DNA of 63,961 bases, filler included. It is 7 parts of 7 records of this genome, joined end to end, with 100 filler letters (N's around TTAATTAATTAA, not from the genome) between each part and the next. Parts side by side here need not be neighbours in the genome. Positions count along the whole stretch, not along the records: positions 36,578 to 43,321 come from SRR31147125_9433; positions 43,422 to 52,330 come from SRR31147125_9457; positions 52,431 to 58,028 come from SRR31147125_9466; 4 more parts are not named here. The stretch is one strand, 5' to 3'. Below, piece after piece: positions 43,149 to 53,938 of the stretch; position 1 is the stretch's first letter, and each line of letters starts with the position of its first letter. A program made the translations under genes and the position numbers. The notes under the pieces were generated by a model. It was not told where the DNA came from and ran no database searches. It saw only the letters and a list, made by a program, of their open reading frames with translations.

Positions 43149-43286
43149 CAAGGGGCTAAAGCCCCTTGTTATCAAGGGAGTCTGATCGCTCGGGGATTCC
43201 ATCCCCTGGCGGGCTGAACGATAGTGCCAGTGGAACTCTCATAAACTTTTTTGCGCCCTAAATGTGTGGATCCTGTTTTCAGCTCC
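43149..43286. repeat. REP-like composite repeat, copy 2 (contig end)
   Basis: Hairpin CAAGGGGCT-AA-AGCCCCTTG plus the blocks shared with 36328-36477. Confidence 0.8.
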
Positions 43287-43421
43287 AGTTGGGGCACATG
43301 CCCTGATTTATTTTACACCCCNNNNNNNNNNNNNNNNNNNNNNNNNNNNNNNNNNNNNNNNNNNNTTAATTAATTAANNNNNNNNNNNNNNNNNNNNNNN
43401 NNNNNNNNNNNNNNNNNNNNN

Positions 43422-44734
43422 GACTACAAATAAGCCGCATGCTTTCTGCTGATAATCACAATGTAACAGTAGTCGAATCTAATCCGAAAAATTGTAAACG
43501 CGCCGCAGATCTGCTGGATGCTCTGGTTATTGAAGGTAGCGGCTCGGATCCGGCTACCCTTAAACAAGCAGGAATCAAGAATTGCGACATGCTTGTTGCC
43601 GTTTCTTCCAACGATGAGGTCAATATTCTGGCGTGCCTTACAGCATCCCGCGCCGGTGTTAAAAGTAAAATTTCAAGATTAAGAAACAGTGAATACGGCA
43701 AACCGGATTCTCTTTTGCAAAAAGAGGACCTGGGCGTGGATTTCATCATTCACCCGGAAATGGAAACCGCCCGGGAACTGGTTTGGCTCATTCGACGTGC
43801 CTCTGCCACAGACGTCATAGAACTGGAAGAAGGTCGGGTTCAGCTTATTGGAATCAGACTGGACGCAACGGCTCCACTACTGTCAAAATCTCTTCGGGAC
43901 ATAAGCCAGGAAAACCAGGACATCCTTTTCCGGGTTGTTGCCATTTTCAGAGCCAATAAAACGATCATTCCTTCCGGAACGGATATATTACAGAAAAGAG
44001 ACCAACTTTTTTGTATCACCAAAACAGAACAGGTACCGCAACTTTTAGCTCTGGCCGGCAAAGGTGAAGAAAAACTGGAAAACCTGATGATATTAGGCGG
44101 CGGTAAAGTTGGCAGACTGGTTGCGGCTGAGCTGGAAAAAGAGAAAAATCTTAACATTAAACTCATTGAATCCCAACGGGAAGAAACAATAAAAATTGCT
44201 GATGAACTGAGAAGAACCCTTATCATCATGGGCGATGGAACAGATTTTGATCTCCTGGCTGCTGAAAGTATCATGGATATGGATGGCTATATTGCTGTTA
44301 CTGATGACGAAGAAACCAACATCCTGTCATGTCTTATGGCAAAACATCTGGGCGTAAGAAGAACTTTTGCGCTTGTTAAACGATCGGATTATTTGCCAAT
44401 CATGCCCACAATCGGTCTGGATGCAGCAGTGGATCAGCAAACCATTACAGCCAATGCCATTTTACGATTTATTCGCCGAGGCAATATCATTTCCCTGGCT
44501 TCACTTCGTGGTATAGATGCAGAACTTTTGGAAGTCAAGGTATCAAAAAACTCTAAAATTGCTGGCAAACCTCTCAAAGCAATAAAGTTACCTCAAAATG
44601 CGATTATTGGTTTGATTACCCGGGAAAATGAAGCTATGGTACCCGTTGGCGATTCAACCATCTTACCAGGGGATAAACTTATTATTATTGCTCTCCCTTC
44701 AGCAATTTTAAGTGTTGAAAAACTGTTCAAATAA
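43422..44734 (+). CDS. trkA: Trk potassium uptake regulatory subunit, 5'-truncated
   Basis: Two RCK_N/RCK_C pairs; DEVNILAC, IHPE, ILGGGKVG, DEETNILSCL.AK.LG. Confidence 0.93.
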
Positions 44735-44811
44735 ATTATTAATATAGTTGTTGCATTGAACGAAATCTCGTGAATCCGGTTTATCTGTTTGCACTAAATT
44801 GAGAGCGTTAA

Positions 44812-46252
44812 ATGAATGTACGGGCCGTTTTAAGTTTTCTCGGAGCTTTATTAGTCTTTGAAGCTTTATCTATGATCTTCCCTCTGATTTTTTCAATCTA
44901 CTATAAAGATGGAGACCTCATTTCTATCCTGATTTCCATGGCGATTTGCTTCTTTAGTGGTTCGGTTATCTTTCTGCTGAATCGTACTCACGAAGAATTA
45001 CGACTGCGTGAAGGCTTTGCCATCGTAGGTCTTGGCTGGACAACCCTGGCTGCTTTTGGGGCACTCCCTTTTGTTCTGTCTGGAGCAATCCCTTCATTTA
45101 CAGATGCCTTTTTTGAAACCATGTCAGGTTTTACAACAACCGGTGCCAGCATCCTGCAAGACATTGAATCCATACCCCATGGTATTCTTTTTGGCGAAGC
45201 CAGACTCATTGGATTGGTGGTATGGGTATCATTGTCCTTTCTTTAGCTATTTTACCCTTTCTTGGTGTTGGCGGAATGCAGCTATTTAAAGCCGAGGTAC
45301 CAGGACCTGTCCCGGATAAACTGAGCCCTAAAATCAAGGAAACTGCTAAAATTCTGTGGGGTGTTTATTTACTCGTCACTATAATAGAAACCATTTTATT
45401 ATTATTTGGTGGCATGTCGTTATTCGATGCACTTTGCCATACGTTCGGCACCGTTGCCACCGGAGGTTTTTCGACCAAAAATGCAAGTATTGCGCATTTT
45501 AACAGTCTCTATATTGAATCAATTATCATTATTTTTATGATTATCGCAGGTACCAATTTTAGTCTGCATTACAGGTTCCTCAAAGGAGATATCAAAGCCT
45601 ATTTTAAAGACCGGGAATTCCTGTTCTATTTTAAAATGACTATTTTAACAGTGGTTGGCCTCACCATCTTTCTGGTTTTGACACAGTTTCACAATACAGG
45701 ACAGTCACTCAGGTCCGCTTTTTTCAGGTTGTTTCAATTATGACTACAACAGGATACGCCACTGATGACTTTGAACTATGGCAAAGTAGCGGTCAGTTAA
45801 TCATCTTACTTTTAATGTTCATCGGCGGATGCGCGGGATCTACCGGTGGATCTATAAAAATTATCCGTATAATGCTCATCCTTAAACACGGAATCTCTGA
45901 AATTAAAAAACTCCTGCATCCCAATGCCTATATACCCGTTCGTCTTGGAGGTCGGGTTGTGCCTCCTGATGTGGTAACAAATATTTTGGGATTTTTTCTT
46001 CTTTACATGATATTATTCGCTGCCGGAACTGTCATAATGACTCTCATGAATCTGGATCTCATCACAGCTATTTCCAGCGTCGCTGCCACACTGGGGAATA
46101 TTGGCCCTGGATTGGCTTCTGTTGGACCTACTGACAATTACTCACATATTCCCGCTTTTGGAAAGTGGGTACTATCTTTGTTTATGCTTTTAGGTAGGCT
46201 GGAATTATATACGATTCTTATCCTTTTTGTGCCTGAATTTTGGAAAAAGTAA
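44812..46252 (+). CDS. trkH: Trk potassium uptake membrane subunit; frameshifts near 45190 and 45721
   Basis: [14 protein letters not shown]; restored [20 protein letters not shown]; restored [35 protein letters not shown]. Confidence 0.92.
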
Positions 46253-46642
46253 ATTCGACATTCTCATAATAGTGAAATAAATTAAACAGTTATTAAGTTT
46301 GTTATATATGGAAGAGTAGGCTTTTATTGACATTTGTTTATAATTTTTATATATTAGCTGTATTTTGGGATAAAGTAAGGCATTATGCTTAATCTCATAA
46401 AGAGTCGATAAATACATATAAAACATATATTAAATGCACATATTTACTAAAATCAATCCTTTTAATCGCTTTTTTTAACCTTTACAAACACATTACAATG
46501 CCTTTTAAAAGGGCATTAAAAATAACAGCCAACTAATTAACAACTTTTCTTCATTTTTTACGTAAGAATAAAATAAGACGATGCTTTTAAAATTAGTTGA
46601 TTGTTAACCTTAAAATGATAAAGGATGTGATTGCCGACGCAA

Positions 46643-47507
46643 ATGACGCAAAAGAAGACGAAAAAACGAACAGAAGTTCGCACTAAAGAATCAATTGAAA
46701 AATATCTTGAAGAAATAGGTGGATTTTCGCCATTACCTCCTGAACAGGAAGTCTCTCTTGCTCGTCGTATCCGTAAAGGTGATGAAGAAGCGCTGGAAAA
46801 TCTCGTCCAGGCAAATCTTCGCTTTGTGATCAGTGTTGCCAAAGAATATCAGGGACAAGGCCTACCATTGCAGGACCTTATCAGTGAGGGCAATCTTGGA
46901 TTAATTAAAGCAGCACAACGCTTTGACGAAACTCGTGGTTTTAAGTTTATTTCCTATGCTGTTTGGTGGATTCGTCAATCCATCCTCCAGGCTCTTGCAG
47001 AACAATCAAGAGTTGTCCGGCTACCTCTAAACAGAGTTGGTGCCATAAACAAGGTGGGAAGGGCACTTGAAGCTCTGGAAAAAGAGTATGGACGTGAGCC
47101 CAGTATGGATGAAATTGCCACTAAAATGGAAATTTCAACGGTCGATGTGGCGGATGTCTTTAAAACATCGGCACGTCACTTGTCATTAGACGAACCGTTC
47201 AAGGAGGACGAAGGTAACAGCCTTCTGGATGTACTGGAAAGTGATCGGTATGAACCACCTGACGGGGATCTCATGCGTGATTCCCTTAGAAAGGAATTAG
47301 AAAAAGTCCTTGACACTCTGAAAGCACGGGAAGCAGAAATTGTAAAACTATATTTCGGATTGGATGGAGACCGACCATTAACTTTGGAAGAAATTGGTGA
47401 GTATTTTGAACTCACACGAGAAAGAGTACGACAAATAAAAAGAAAAGGCTCTCAGAAGATTACGGCATCGCTCCAGATTGGATCCCTTGCGGAAATATTT
47501 AGGCTGA
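46643..47507 (+). CDS. RpoD/SigA-family sigma factor (FCB type, no region 1.1), copy 1; extra A at 47437-47441
   Basis: ANLRFVISVAK, DETRGFKFISYAVWWIRQSI, TLEEIG...LTRERVRQIK. Removing one A gives EKALRRLRHRSRLDPLRKYLG*. Confidence 0.93.
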
Positions 47508-47513
47508 CTTAAC

Positions 47514-47542
47514 AAGCCGTTGTCAAAAGATGATGGCTTTTT
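47514..47542 (+). terminator. Probable terminator after sigma factor copy 1
   Basis: AAGCCGTTGTC-aaaa-GATGATGGCTT (with G-U pairs) followed by TTT. Confidence 0.6.
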
Positions 47543-48080
47543 CAGTAATTTTCTTGTACTTGCCCTTTTTCGGGGAACTCTTTTTTCAAAAATTCATAAC
47601 ATATATAGAGAACATGACGTGAAAAAATTTCAAGCCGCATAAAAAGAATACCAGGTAACTAGTGATGAAAATATGCAGCACACGGTTATCTACACTCTAA
47701 AAAAGGCTTGTCAAATGTTAGAACTCGCTTTATATCTTGATGTAATAAAATTGATGACAAGATGTGCACCGGATTATACGAAATGTGTCACTTTATTGAC
47801 ATGAAAAGGCTTTGGCAAATATACTAATACTCTGAAAACTGCCACATAAGATGTATCTGGTGCTATTTTTTTCTTAAAAAGTAAATAAAATTCAGCTTTT
47901 TTTGTTTTACAAAACATAGACTTAAATAAAAGTTCATTTCGAAAAAACTCGGCAGTTTTTGAGAAAACAACTTGTTTAAAAGTATTATTATACGATACCT
48001 GCCAGGTGCGTTATATAGAGGTAATCGTATTTATCAACCTATTCATTTATAAAAGCTAAAGGATGTAAATTTCAACTCAA

Positions 48081-48941
48081 ATGACGGTAAAAAATAAAAA
48101 ACAAGCTATTGTTCGTCCTAAAGAATCAATCGAAAAATACCTGGAAGAAATTGGAGGCTTTTCGCCATTACCCCCGGAACAGGAAGTATCTCTTGCACGT
48201 CGAATTCACAAGGGTGATGAAGAAGCTCTGGAAAATCTCGTCAAAGCCAACCTTCGCTTTGTTGTCAGTGTTGCCAAAGAATATCAGGGACAGGGTCTGC
48301 CATTGCAGGACCTTATCAATGAGGGCAATCTTGGACTAATTAAAGCAGCGCAACGCTTTGACGAAACACGAGGATTTAAATTTATTTCTTATGCGGTTTG
48401 GTGGATTCGTCAATCCATTCTCCAGGCACTTGCAGAACAATCGAGAGTCGTTAGACTACCCTTGAACAGAGTCAGTGCTATCAATAAAGTAGGACGAGCG
48501 CTCGATGCCCTGGCTAAGGAATATGGTCGTGAACCCAGTATGGAAGAGTTGGCAGATAAAACCGAAATGACATCTTTTGATATTGCCGATATCCTTAAAA
48601 CGACAGGTCACCACCTATCCCTGGATGAACCTTTCAAGGAAGACGAGGGAAACAGCCTTCTGGATATACTGGAAAGCGATCGGTATGAACCGCCGGATGG
48701 CGATCTTATGCGAAACTCACTGAAATTAGAAATTGAAAAAGTTTTGGATACCCTGAAACCCAGGGAAGCGGAAATTGTAAAACTCTATTTCGGTTTGGAT
48801 GGAGAAAGACCCTTAACTCTTGAAGAAATTGGCGATTACTTTGAACTCACTCGAGAAAGAGTTCGGCAAATTAAAGAAAAAGCCATCAGAAGATTGCGAC
48901 ACCGGTCCAGATTGGACCCTCTGCGAAAATATTTAGGATAA
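48081..48941 (+). CDS. RpoD/SigA-family sigma factor, copy 2
   Basis: Same motifs; about 30 substitutions versus copy 1 over ~273 aligned residues (manual count). Confidence 0.95.
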   Translation: MTVKNKKQAIVRPKESIEKYLEEIGGFSPLPPEQEVSLARRIHKGDEEALENLVKANLRFVVSVAKEYQGQGLPLQDLINEGNLGLIKAAQRFDETRGFKFISYAVWWIRQSILQALAEQSRVVRLPLNRVSAINKVGRALDALAKEYGREPSMEELADKTEMTSFDIADILKTTGHHLSLDEPFKEDEGNSLLDILESDRYEPPDGDLMRNSLKLEIEKVLDTLKPREAEIVKLYFGLDGERPLTLEEIGDYFELTRERVRQIKEKAIRRLRHRSRLDPLRKYLG

Positions 48942-48944
48942 AAT

Positions 48945-48975
48945 AAAGCCTTCATCATCTGATGAAGGCTTTTTT
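48945..48975. terminator. Bidirectional terminator between convergent genes
   Basis: AAAGCCTTCATCA-tc-TGATGAAGGCTTT with flanking A and T runs. Confidence 0.85.
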
Positions 48976-49022
48976 ATTATCATGTTTGTATGAATTTCAA
49001 TTCTTTCCCCTAAATTCGCCCA

Positions 49023-49976
49023 TTAATAAAACATAAAACATATAAATACAGCATAACTTGCTAATAAAATCCCACCCTCTATTCGGTTCAGAACAAATCC
49101 TGTACGCATCATCGGCAAAAACACGATCAGAATTCCCATCATAAAAAGATATTCATAATGTAACAATCCTGCTTCGACAGGAATGGGATAAATCAAGGTG
49201 ACTAATGATACAACAAATAGCATATTAAATAGATTGCTTCCAACAGCATTCCCTACAGCCAAATCCATTTGCCCCCTGAATGCTCCAACCACGGAGACAG
49301 CCAGCTCTGGTAAGGATGTGCCTAAAGCCACGAGTGTGATACCAATGATGATTTCACTTACGCCAAATGTTTTTGCAATAAAAACAGCTGATTTCACTAT
49401 TAACCAGGATCCGCTCACCAGTAATCCAAGACCAGCAATAGTCAACACGATATTCTTGATAATGGCTTTACTTTCTCTGACGTCGTCCTTTATTTCTTTT
49501 TTTATCTTTCTTTCACCACCACGATCTTTGGAAGCCAAACGAAACATATAAGTTAAAAATACTCCAAATAATCCGAACAGAATAATTCCGTCGACGAAAT
49601 TCAACATACCATCGAGACTTAATAAATAAAATATAATGGTGGTACCGATAAGAAAGGGCATCTCCTTGCGAATGGTGTTAACCTTTACTTTGATTGGACG
49701 AATCAACGCAGCTAAACCGACAACCAATCCGATATTCGCCACATTACTGCCAATTATATTTCCCAGAGCAATACCCTCTGTTTTTTTGATTGCTGCAAGA
49801 AAACTCACAACTAATTCCGGTGCGGACGTCCCCATAGCAACAATCGTCAAACCGACAATAAGCGGACGAATGCCAATAGTCAGGGCAAGTCGTGAAGATC
49901 CCTTGACTAGAATTTCAGCCCCATAATACAGTATGCCGCAACCCAGAGAAAAAAGAATAATGTGCCAGATTAACAT
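49023..49976 (-). CDS. Calcium/sodium antiporter (YrbG family)
   Basis: Two alpha repeats: GLTIVAMGTSAPE...GNIIGSN and GITLVALGTSLPE...GNAVGSN. Confidence 0.92.
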   Translation of the reverse strand: MLIWHIILFSLGCGILYYGAEILVKGSSRLALTIGIRPLIVGLTIVAMGTSAPELVVSFLAAIKKTEGIALGNIIGSNVANIGLVVGLAALIRPIKVKVNTIRKEMPFLIGTTIIFYLLSLDGMLNFVDGIILFGLFGVFLTYMFRLASKDRGGERKIKKEIKDDVRESKAIIKNIVLTIAGLGLLVSGSWLIVKSAVFIAKTFGVSEIIIGITLVALGTSLPELAVSVVGAFRGQMDLAVGNAVGSNLFNMLFVVSLVTLIYPIPVEAGLLHYEYLFMMGILIVFLPMMRTGFVLNRIEGGILLASYAVFICFMFY

Positions 49977-50098
49977 AAGTGAGCCTTTGGGAAACACAGA
50001 TCCATTTTAGTGAACTTTTTTTGTTTGATAAAAATCACCCGATGAAACTTTTATTTATTAAAAAATACATATTTAAACAAACGCATTGGTTCAGGGAA

Positions 50099-50674
50099 TT
50101 ATGATATTTTCCGGCTACCCGGTTTCACAACAGGAATATCCTGTTTACACAGGGGGCATTCATCTGGCTGGTAGGTAATAACATCCATCTGAAAAACGGA
50201 AAATTTTGGCACGGAAAATTCAACCTTACCACCGCTGCGATCGACAATGAATCCCACACCGCACACATCTCCACCTGCTTTTTGAACCAATTGTACGACC
50301 TCTTTTAACGATCCACCTGTTGTAACGACATCTTCGACCACAATCACTTTTTCACCTGGTTCTATTTCAAATCCCCGGCGCAGGGTCATGGCTTCATTCT
50401 CCCGTTCAGTAAAAATGGCCCGACATCCTAATAAACGAGCCACCTCCTGGCCTACGACAATGCCTCCGATCGCTGGTGAAACCACTACATCAGGGACATT
50501 GGAGCTAAAGTGATCGGCAATCTCTTTACAAAATGTTTCGGCATGCTCGGGATATTGTAATACTTTGGCACATTGAAAATATTGTGTGCTATGCAATCCG
50601 GATGTCAGGCGGAAATGTCCTTCCAATAAGGCGCCTGTTTTTTTGTATATATTTAAAGCATCGTCTCTAGTCAT
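50099..50674 (-). CDS. pyrE: Orotate phosphoribosyltransferase
   Basis: GHFRLTSGLHS..YFQCA, PAIGG, LRRGF, VVEDVVTTGGS, CPLC...KPGSR. Confidence 0.95.
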   Translation of the reverse strand: MTRDDALNIYKKTGALLEGHFRLTSGLHSTQYFQCAKVLQYPEHAETFCKEIADHFSSNVPDVVVSPAIGGIVVGQEVARLLGCRAIFTERENEAMTLRRGFEIEPGEKVIVVEDVVTTGGSLKEVVQLVQKAGGDVCGVGFIVDRSGGKVEFSVPKFSVFQMDVITYQPDECPLCKQDIPVVKPGSRKIS

Positions 50675-50720
50675 ATCTATTTTTCCTTAATTTTAAATAA
50701 TAACATCAGGGTAAATAACT

Positions 50721-51532
50721 CTAACTTTTCCGCGCCTCATTCAATTCAGTCCATGTTTTTTCAGCCTGTTTGCGTGCGGCTTCTGCAAAATCATCACCTG
50801 TTGATGCATATAAAATGGCCCGACTCGAATTAAACAAAGCATTCGACTTGTTAACATCTGTGCCGTTTTGCACGGATTTCACCAGATCGCCTCCCTGAGC
50901 TCCAATGCCCGGGATTAGAAACGGAAGATCAGAAGTCAGTTCCCGAATATGAGCAAGTTCTTCAGGATGGGTAGCTCCGGCAACGAGACCACAATTAGCA
51001 TTCGAATTCCAGCTATTTATCAGGCCCAGTATTTTTTCATAAAGCTTTTGCTGGCCATCAGAAAAGTGCTGCAAATCTTTGGAACCGGGATTAGAAGTGA
51101 GGCAAAGAAAAAGACTCCTTTTTGCGGATCTGTTAAAAAGGGTGAAACGGAATCTCCACCCATCAGTGGATTTACAGTCAATGCGTCTGCGCCAATATCA
51201 TTAAAAAATGCTTTTGCATACATGGCTGACGTATTACCGATATCACCACGTTTTGCGTCAGCAATTTTTACTGTATCTGCCGGCAAATAATCAAATGTCT
51301 CTTTCAATGCGCGCCAGCCTTCCAGTCCATAAGCCTCATAAAAGGCCGTATTAACTTTGAAAGCAGCGGCATAATCAGCCGTAGCATCGATAATGTGTTT
51401 ATTAAACAAAAACAAGGCATTCTCTTTGTTGCGGATAGATTCAGGCATACGTTCAATAACCGTATCCAGGCCCACACAAAGCAAAGAATTCTTCTTGTTA
51501 ATAATATCTAATACACGTTCATTAAAAGTCAT
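50721..51532 (-). CDS. pyrF: Orotidine-5'-phosphate decarboxylase; frameshift near 51110
   Basis: LCVGLD, FKVNTAFYE, DAKRGDIGNT; restored LCLTSNPGS; GLVAGAT, LIPGIGAQGG, NSSRAI. Confidence 0.93.
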
Positions 51533-51637
51533 CTTTTATATCCTTTAAAAAATATCTTCTATTTATTCCATTTTGAATCAAATAATCTAAATGTATTTAT
51601 TCCAATGAGTACCATCAAACTGCTCCCCGGTTTATTA

Positions 51638-52096
51638 TCAACTCAAACTCACAATCTCGGCCCTGGGAGCTTTATTGATATCCAGATAGAGAAATGCCAC
51701 TGACGCCGTCAAATGGCTGGGAGGACGGGACGCTGATCCTGGATTAATGATCATATTTTTACCATTACCATTTACCTCCGGGTGATGGGTGTGTCCAAAT
51801 ATCCGGATGATTCGATTGTCTTCTTCCCGGGATGATTTTTGCTGGCCGGGAATATGTGTAATAATAATCTGATAACCCAACAAGTCAAGAAATTCCGTCT
51901 CTTTAACATGTTTTCGTATGTCATAGCCATCCATATTACCGTAAACGGCTGTTACAGGAGCAAGAGTCCTTAAGGATAGCAAAATATCATGATTGCCAAT
52001 ATCACCAGCATGAACAATATGATCTACCTTGTTAAAAACAGCGTAAATTTTCGGATCTAAATAGCCGTGCGTATCTGACAGAATACCTATTTTCAT
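51638..52096 (-). CDS. YfcE-family metallophosphoesterase
   Basis: ILSDTHG, HAGDIG, VYGNMD, FGHTH, INPGS. Confidence 0.9.
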   Translation of the reverse strand: MKIGILSDTHGYLDPKIYAVFNKVDHIVHAGDIGNHDILLSLRTLAPVTAVYGNMDGYDIRKHVKETEFLDLLGYQIIITHIPGQQKSSREEDNRIIRIFGHTHHPEVNGNGKNMIINPGSASRPPSHLTASVAFLYLDINKAPRAEIVSLS

Positions 52097-52170
52097 ATTA
52101 TTTTACCCGGTCGCCATTTTGTATAGATGATATATGATCGGGATACAAACTACGATCGTTAGAGATAACT

Positions 52171-52329
<159 letters not shown>

Positions 52330-52432
52330 TNNNNNNNNNNNNNNNNNNNNNNNNNNNNNNNNNNNNNNNNNNNNTTAATTAATTAANNNNNNNNNNNNNN
52401 NNNNNNNNNNNNNNNNNNNNNNNNNNNNNNGG

Positions 52433-52966
52433 GGAGAAATGATCAAGCAACGCCTTCCTCTCAACGCGTATCTGGAGATTGTTGCAGCAACTAACTTCAA
52501 GCAGCGAACCCGAAAAATGTTGGAGTACTACCATGCCGATCGGCTCAATTTTGCCGTGGCGGGAACTCCCAACCGGTTGGAGTACGACCAGGGCTTTTTT
52601 GTCAAACTTGGCGATGGCGCCGCAGACGTCAAGCCTATCGCCCATCTGTATAAAACCCAGGTTTATCAGCTTGCCGAGTATCTAGGAGTACCGGAGGAAA
52701 TCTGCCGTCGGGCGCCGACTACCGATACTTATTCGTTGAGCCAGGGACAGGATGAGTTCTATTTTTCGCTTCCCTACGACAAGATGGATCTGTGCCTTTA
52801 CGGCAAGAATCACGGTTATACTACAGAAGAGGTCGCCGAGGTTCTGGGTTTAACGTCTGAGCAGATACACAGGGTTTATGACGACATCGATACCAAACGG
52901 AACACGACCAGTTACTTGCACCTGTCATCGCTGCTGGTCGGAGAAGTGCCTGAAATTGAGAAATAG
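52433..52966 (+). CDS. NAD+ synthetase-family (NadE-like) protein, 3' part
   Basis: NFKQRTRKM..YYHADR...VAGTPNRLEY..GFFVK.GDG.ADVKPIAHLYKTQVY.LA..LGVP...PTTD. Confidence 0.85.
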   Translation, partial: GEMIKQRLPLNAYLEIVAATNFKQRTRKMLEYYHADRLNFAVAGTPNRLEYDQGFFVKLGDGAADVKPIAHLYKTQVYQLAEYLGVPEEICRRAPTTDTYSLSQGQDEFYFSLPYDKMDLCLYGKNHGYTTEEVAEVLGLTSEQIHRVYDDIDTKRNTTSYLHLSSLLVGEVPEIEK

Positions 52967-52970
52967 CATT

Positions 52971-53109
52971 TGTCTCACGCAAAGCTGCAAAGAGCGCAAA
53001 TAGTGACAATAGCAAAATAGGGTTAAGGTTTTTGAATCAAAACCCTGAATTAAAAGTTTCCTTAGCGTTCTTGGCGTCTTGAGAAAGCAAAGCGAACGGG
53101 CGAGAGAGA
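52971..53109. repeat. Palindromic CGCAAAG-type element, copy 1
   Basis: Left arm TGTCTCACGCAAAGCTGCAAAGAGCGCAAA; right arm CTTAGCGTTCTTGGCGTCTT-GAGAAAGCAAAGCGAACGG-GCGAGAGA. Confidence 0.85.
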
Positions 53110-53142
53110 AGATTAATCATAATTTTACAGGAGATTTGCACA

Positions 53143-53415
53143 ATGTCGGATGTGAAAAACAGAATCAGAACTTTTATCATTGATAACTACTTATTCGGTG
53201 ATGATGAAGGCCTGGAAGAAAATACTTCATTTCTCGATGAGGGGATCGTCGATTCAACCGGTATTCTCGAGCTGATCGAATTTATCAGCGACGAGTTTTC
53301 CATCAATGTGGAGGATGAAGAACTGATCCCGGAAAACCTGGATTCAATCAACAATGTGACAGCATTTATAGGAAGAAAAGCAGGTCAGGCTGAAACCTCA
53401 GCAGTAGCTGGGTAA
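53143..53415 (+). CDS. Acyl carrier protein
   Basis: GIVDSTGILELI (phosphopantetheine Ser), EELIPENLDSI; AGGAG SD. Confidence 0.93.
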   Translation: MSDVKNRIRTFIIDNYLFGDDEGLEENTSFLDEGIVDSTGILELIEFISDEFSINVEDEELIPENLDSINNVTAFIGRKAGQAETSAVAG

Positions 53416-53419
53416 AATC

Positions 53420-53554
53420 TGTCTCTCGCAAAGCCGCAAAGAGCGCAAAGAAAGGCAAAAGCAAAATCGGGTTTGGTTTAAAACAGAACCAAAGGAAAAG
53501 ATTTTCTTGGCGAACTTGGTGTCTTGTGTGAGTAAAACGAACGGGTGCGAGATA
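53420..53554. repeat. Palindromic CGCAAAG-type element, copy 2
   Basis: Left arm TGTCTCTCGCAAAGCCGCAAAGAGCGCAAAG; right arm CTTGGCGAACTTGGTGTCTT-GTGTGAGTAAAACGAACGG-GTGCGAGATA. Confidence 0.85.
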
Positions 53555-53932
53555 TTGACTGAAAATGGAATAGCAGCAGAAATCGTTGAAGCAAGCTTTT
53601 CCATTCATCAAGCTCTCGGTCCAGGATTGCTTGAGTCGGTGTACGAAACTGTATTGGCCCATGAGCTGAAAAAGAAAAAATTGATTGTTAAGCGGCAGTA
53701 TGGGATATCGTTCCTATATGATGAAATAAAATTTGATGAAGGCTTCAGGGCCGATTTGCTGGTTGAAGATATAGTTATTGTCGAGCTTAAATCTGTTGAA
53801 AGGGTCTCTGCCGTACATAAAAAACAGTTACTGACCTATTTACGTCTGGCTGATAAAAAACTTGGGTTACTCATTAACTTTGGTGAATTTTTGATAAAAG
53901 ATGGCATCACCAGAGTGGTAAATGGACTTTAA
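53555..53932 (+). CDS. GxxExxY protein (PD-(D/E)XK nuclease-like)
   Basis: (M)TENGIAAEIVEASFSIHQALGPGLLESVYE, FRADLLVED.VIVELKS, HKKQLLTYL, GLLINFG. TTG start directly abuts repeat copy 2. Confidence 0.93.
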   Translation: MTENGIAAEIVEASFSIHQALGPGLLESVYETVLAHELKKKKLIVKRQYGISFLYDEIKFDEGFRADLLVEDIVIVELKSVERVSAVHKKQLLTYLRLADKKLGLLINFGEFLIKDGITRVVNGL

Positions 53933-53938
53933 AAACGT

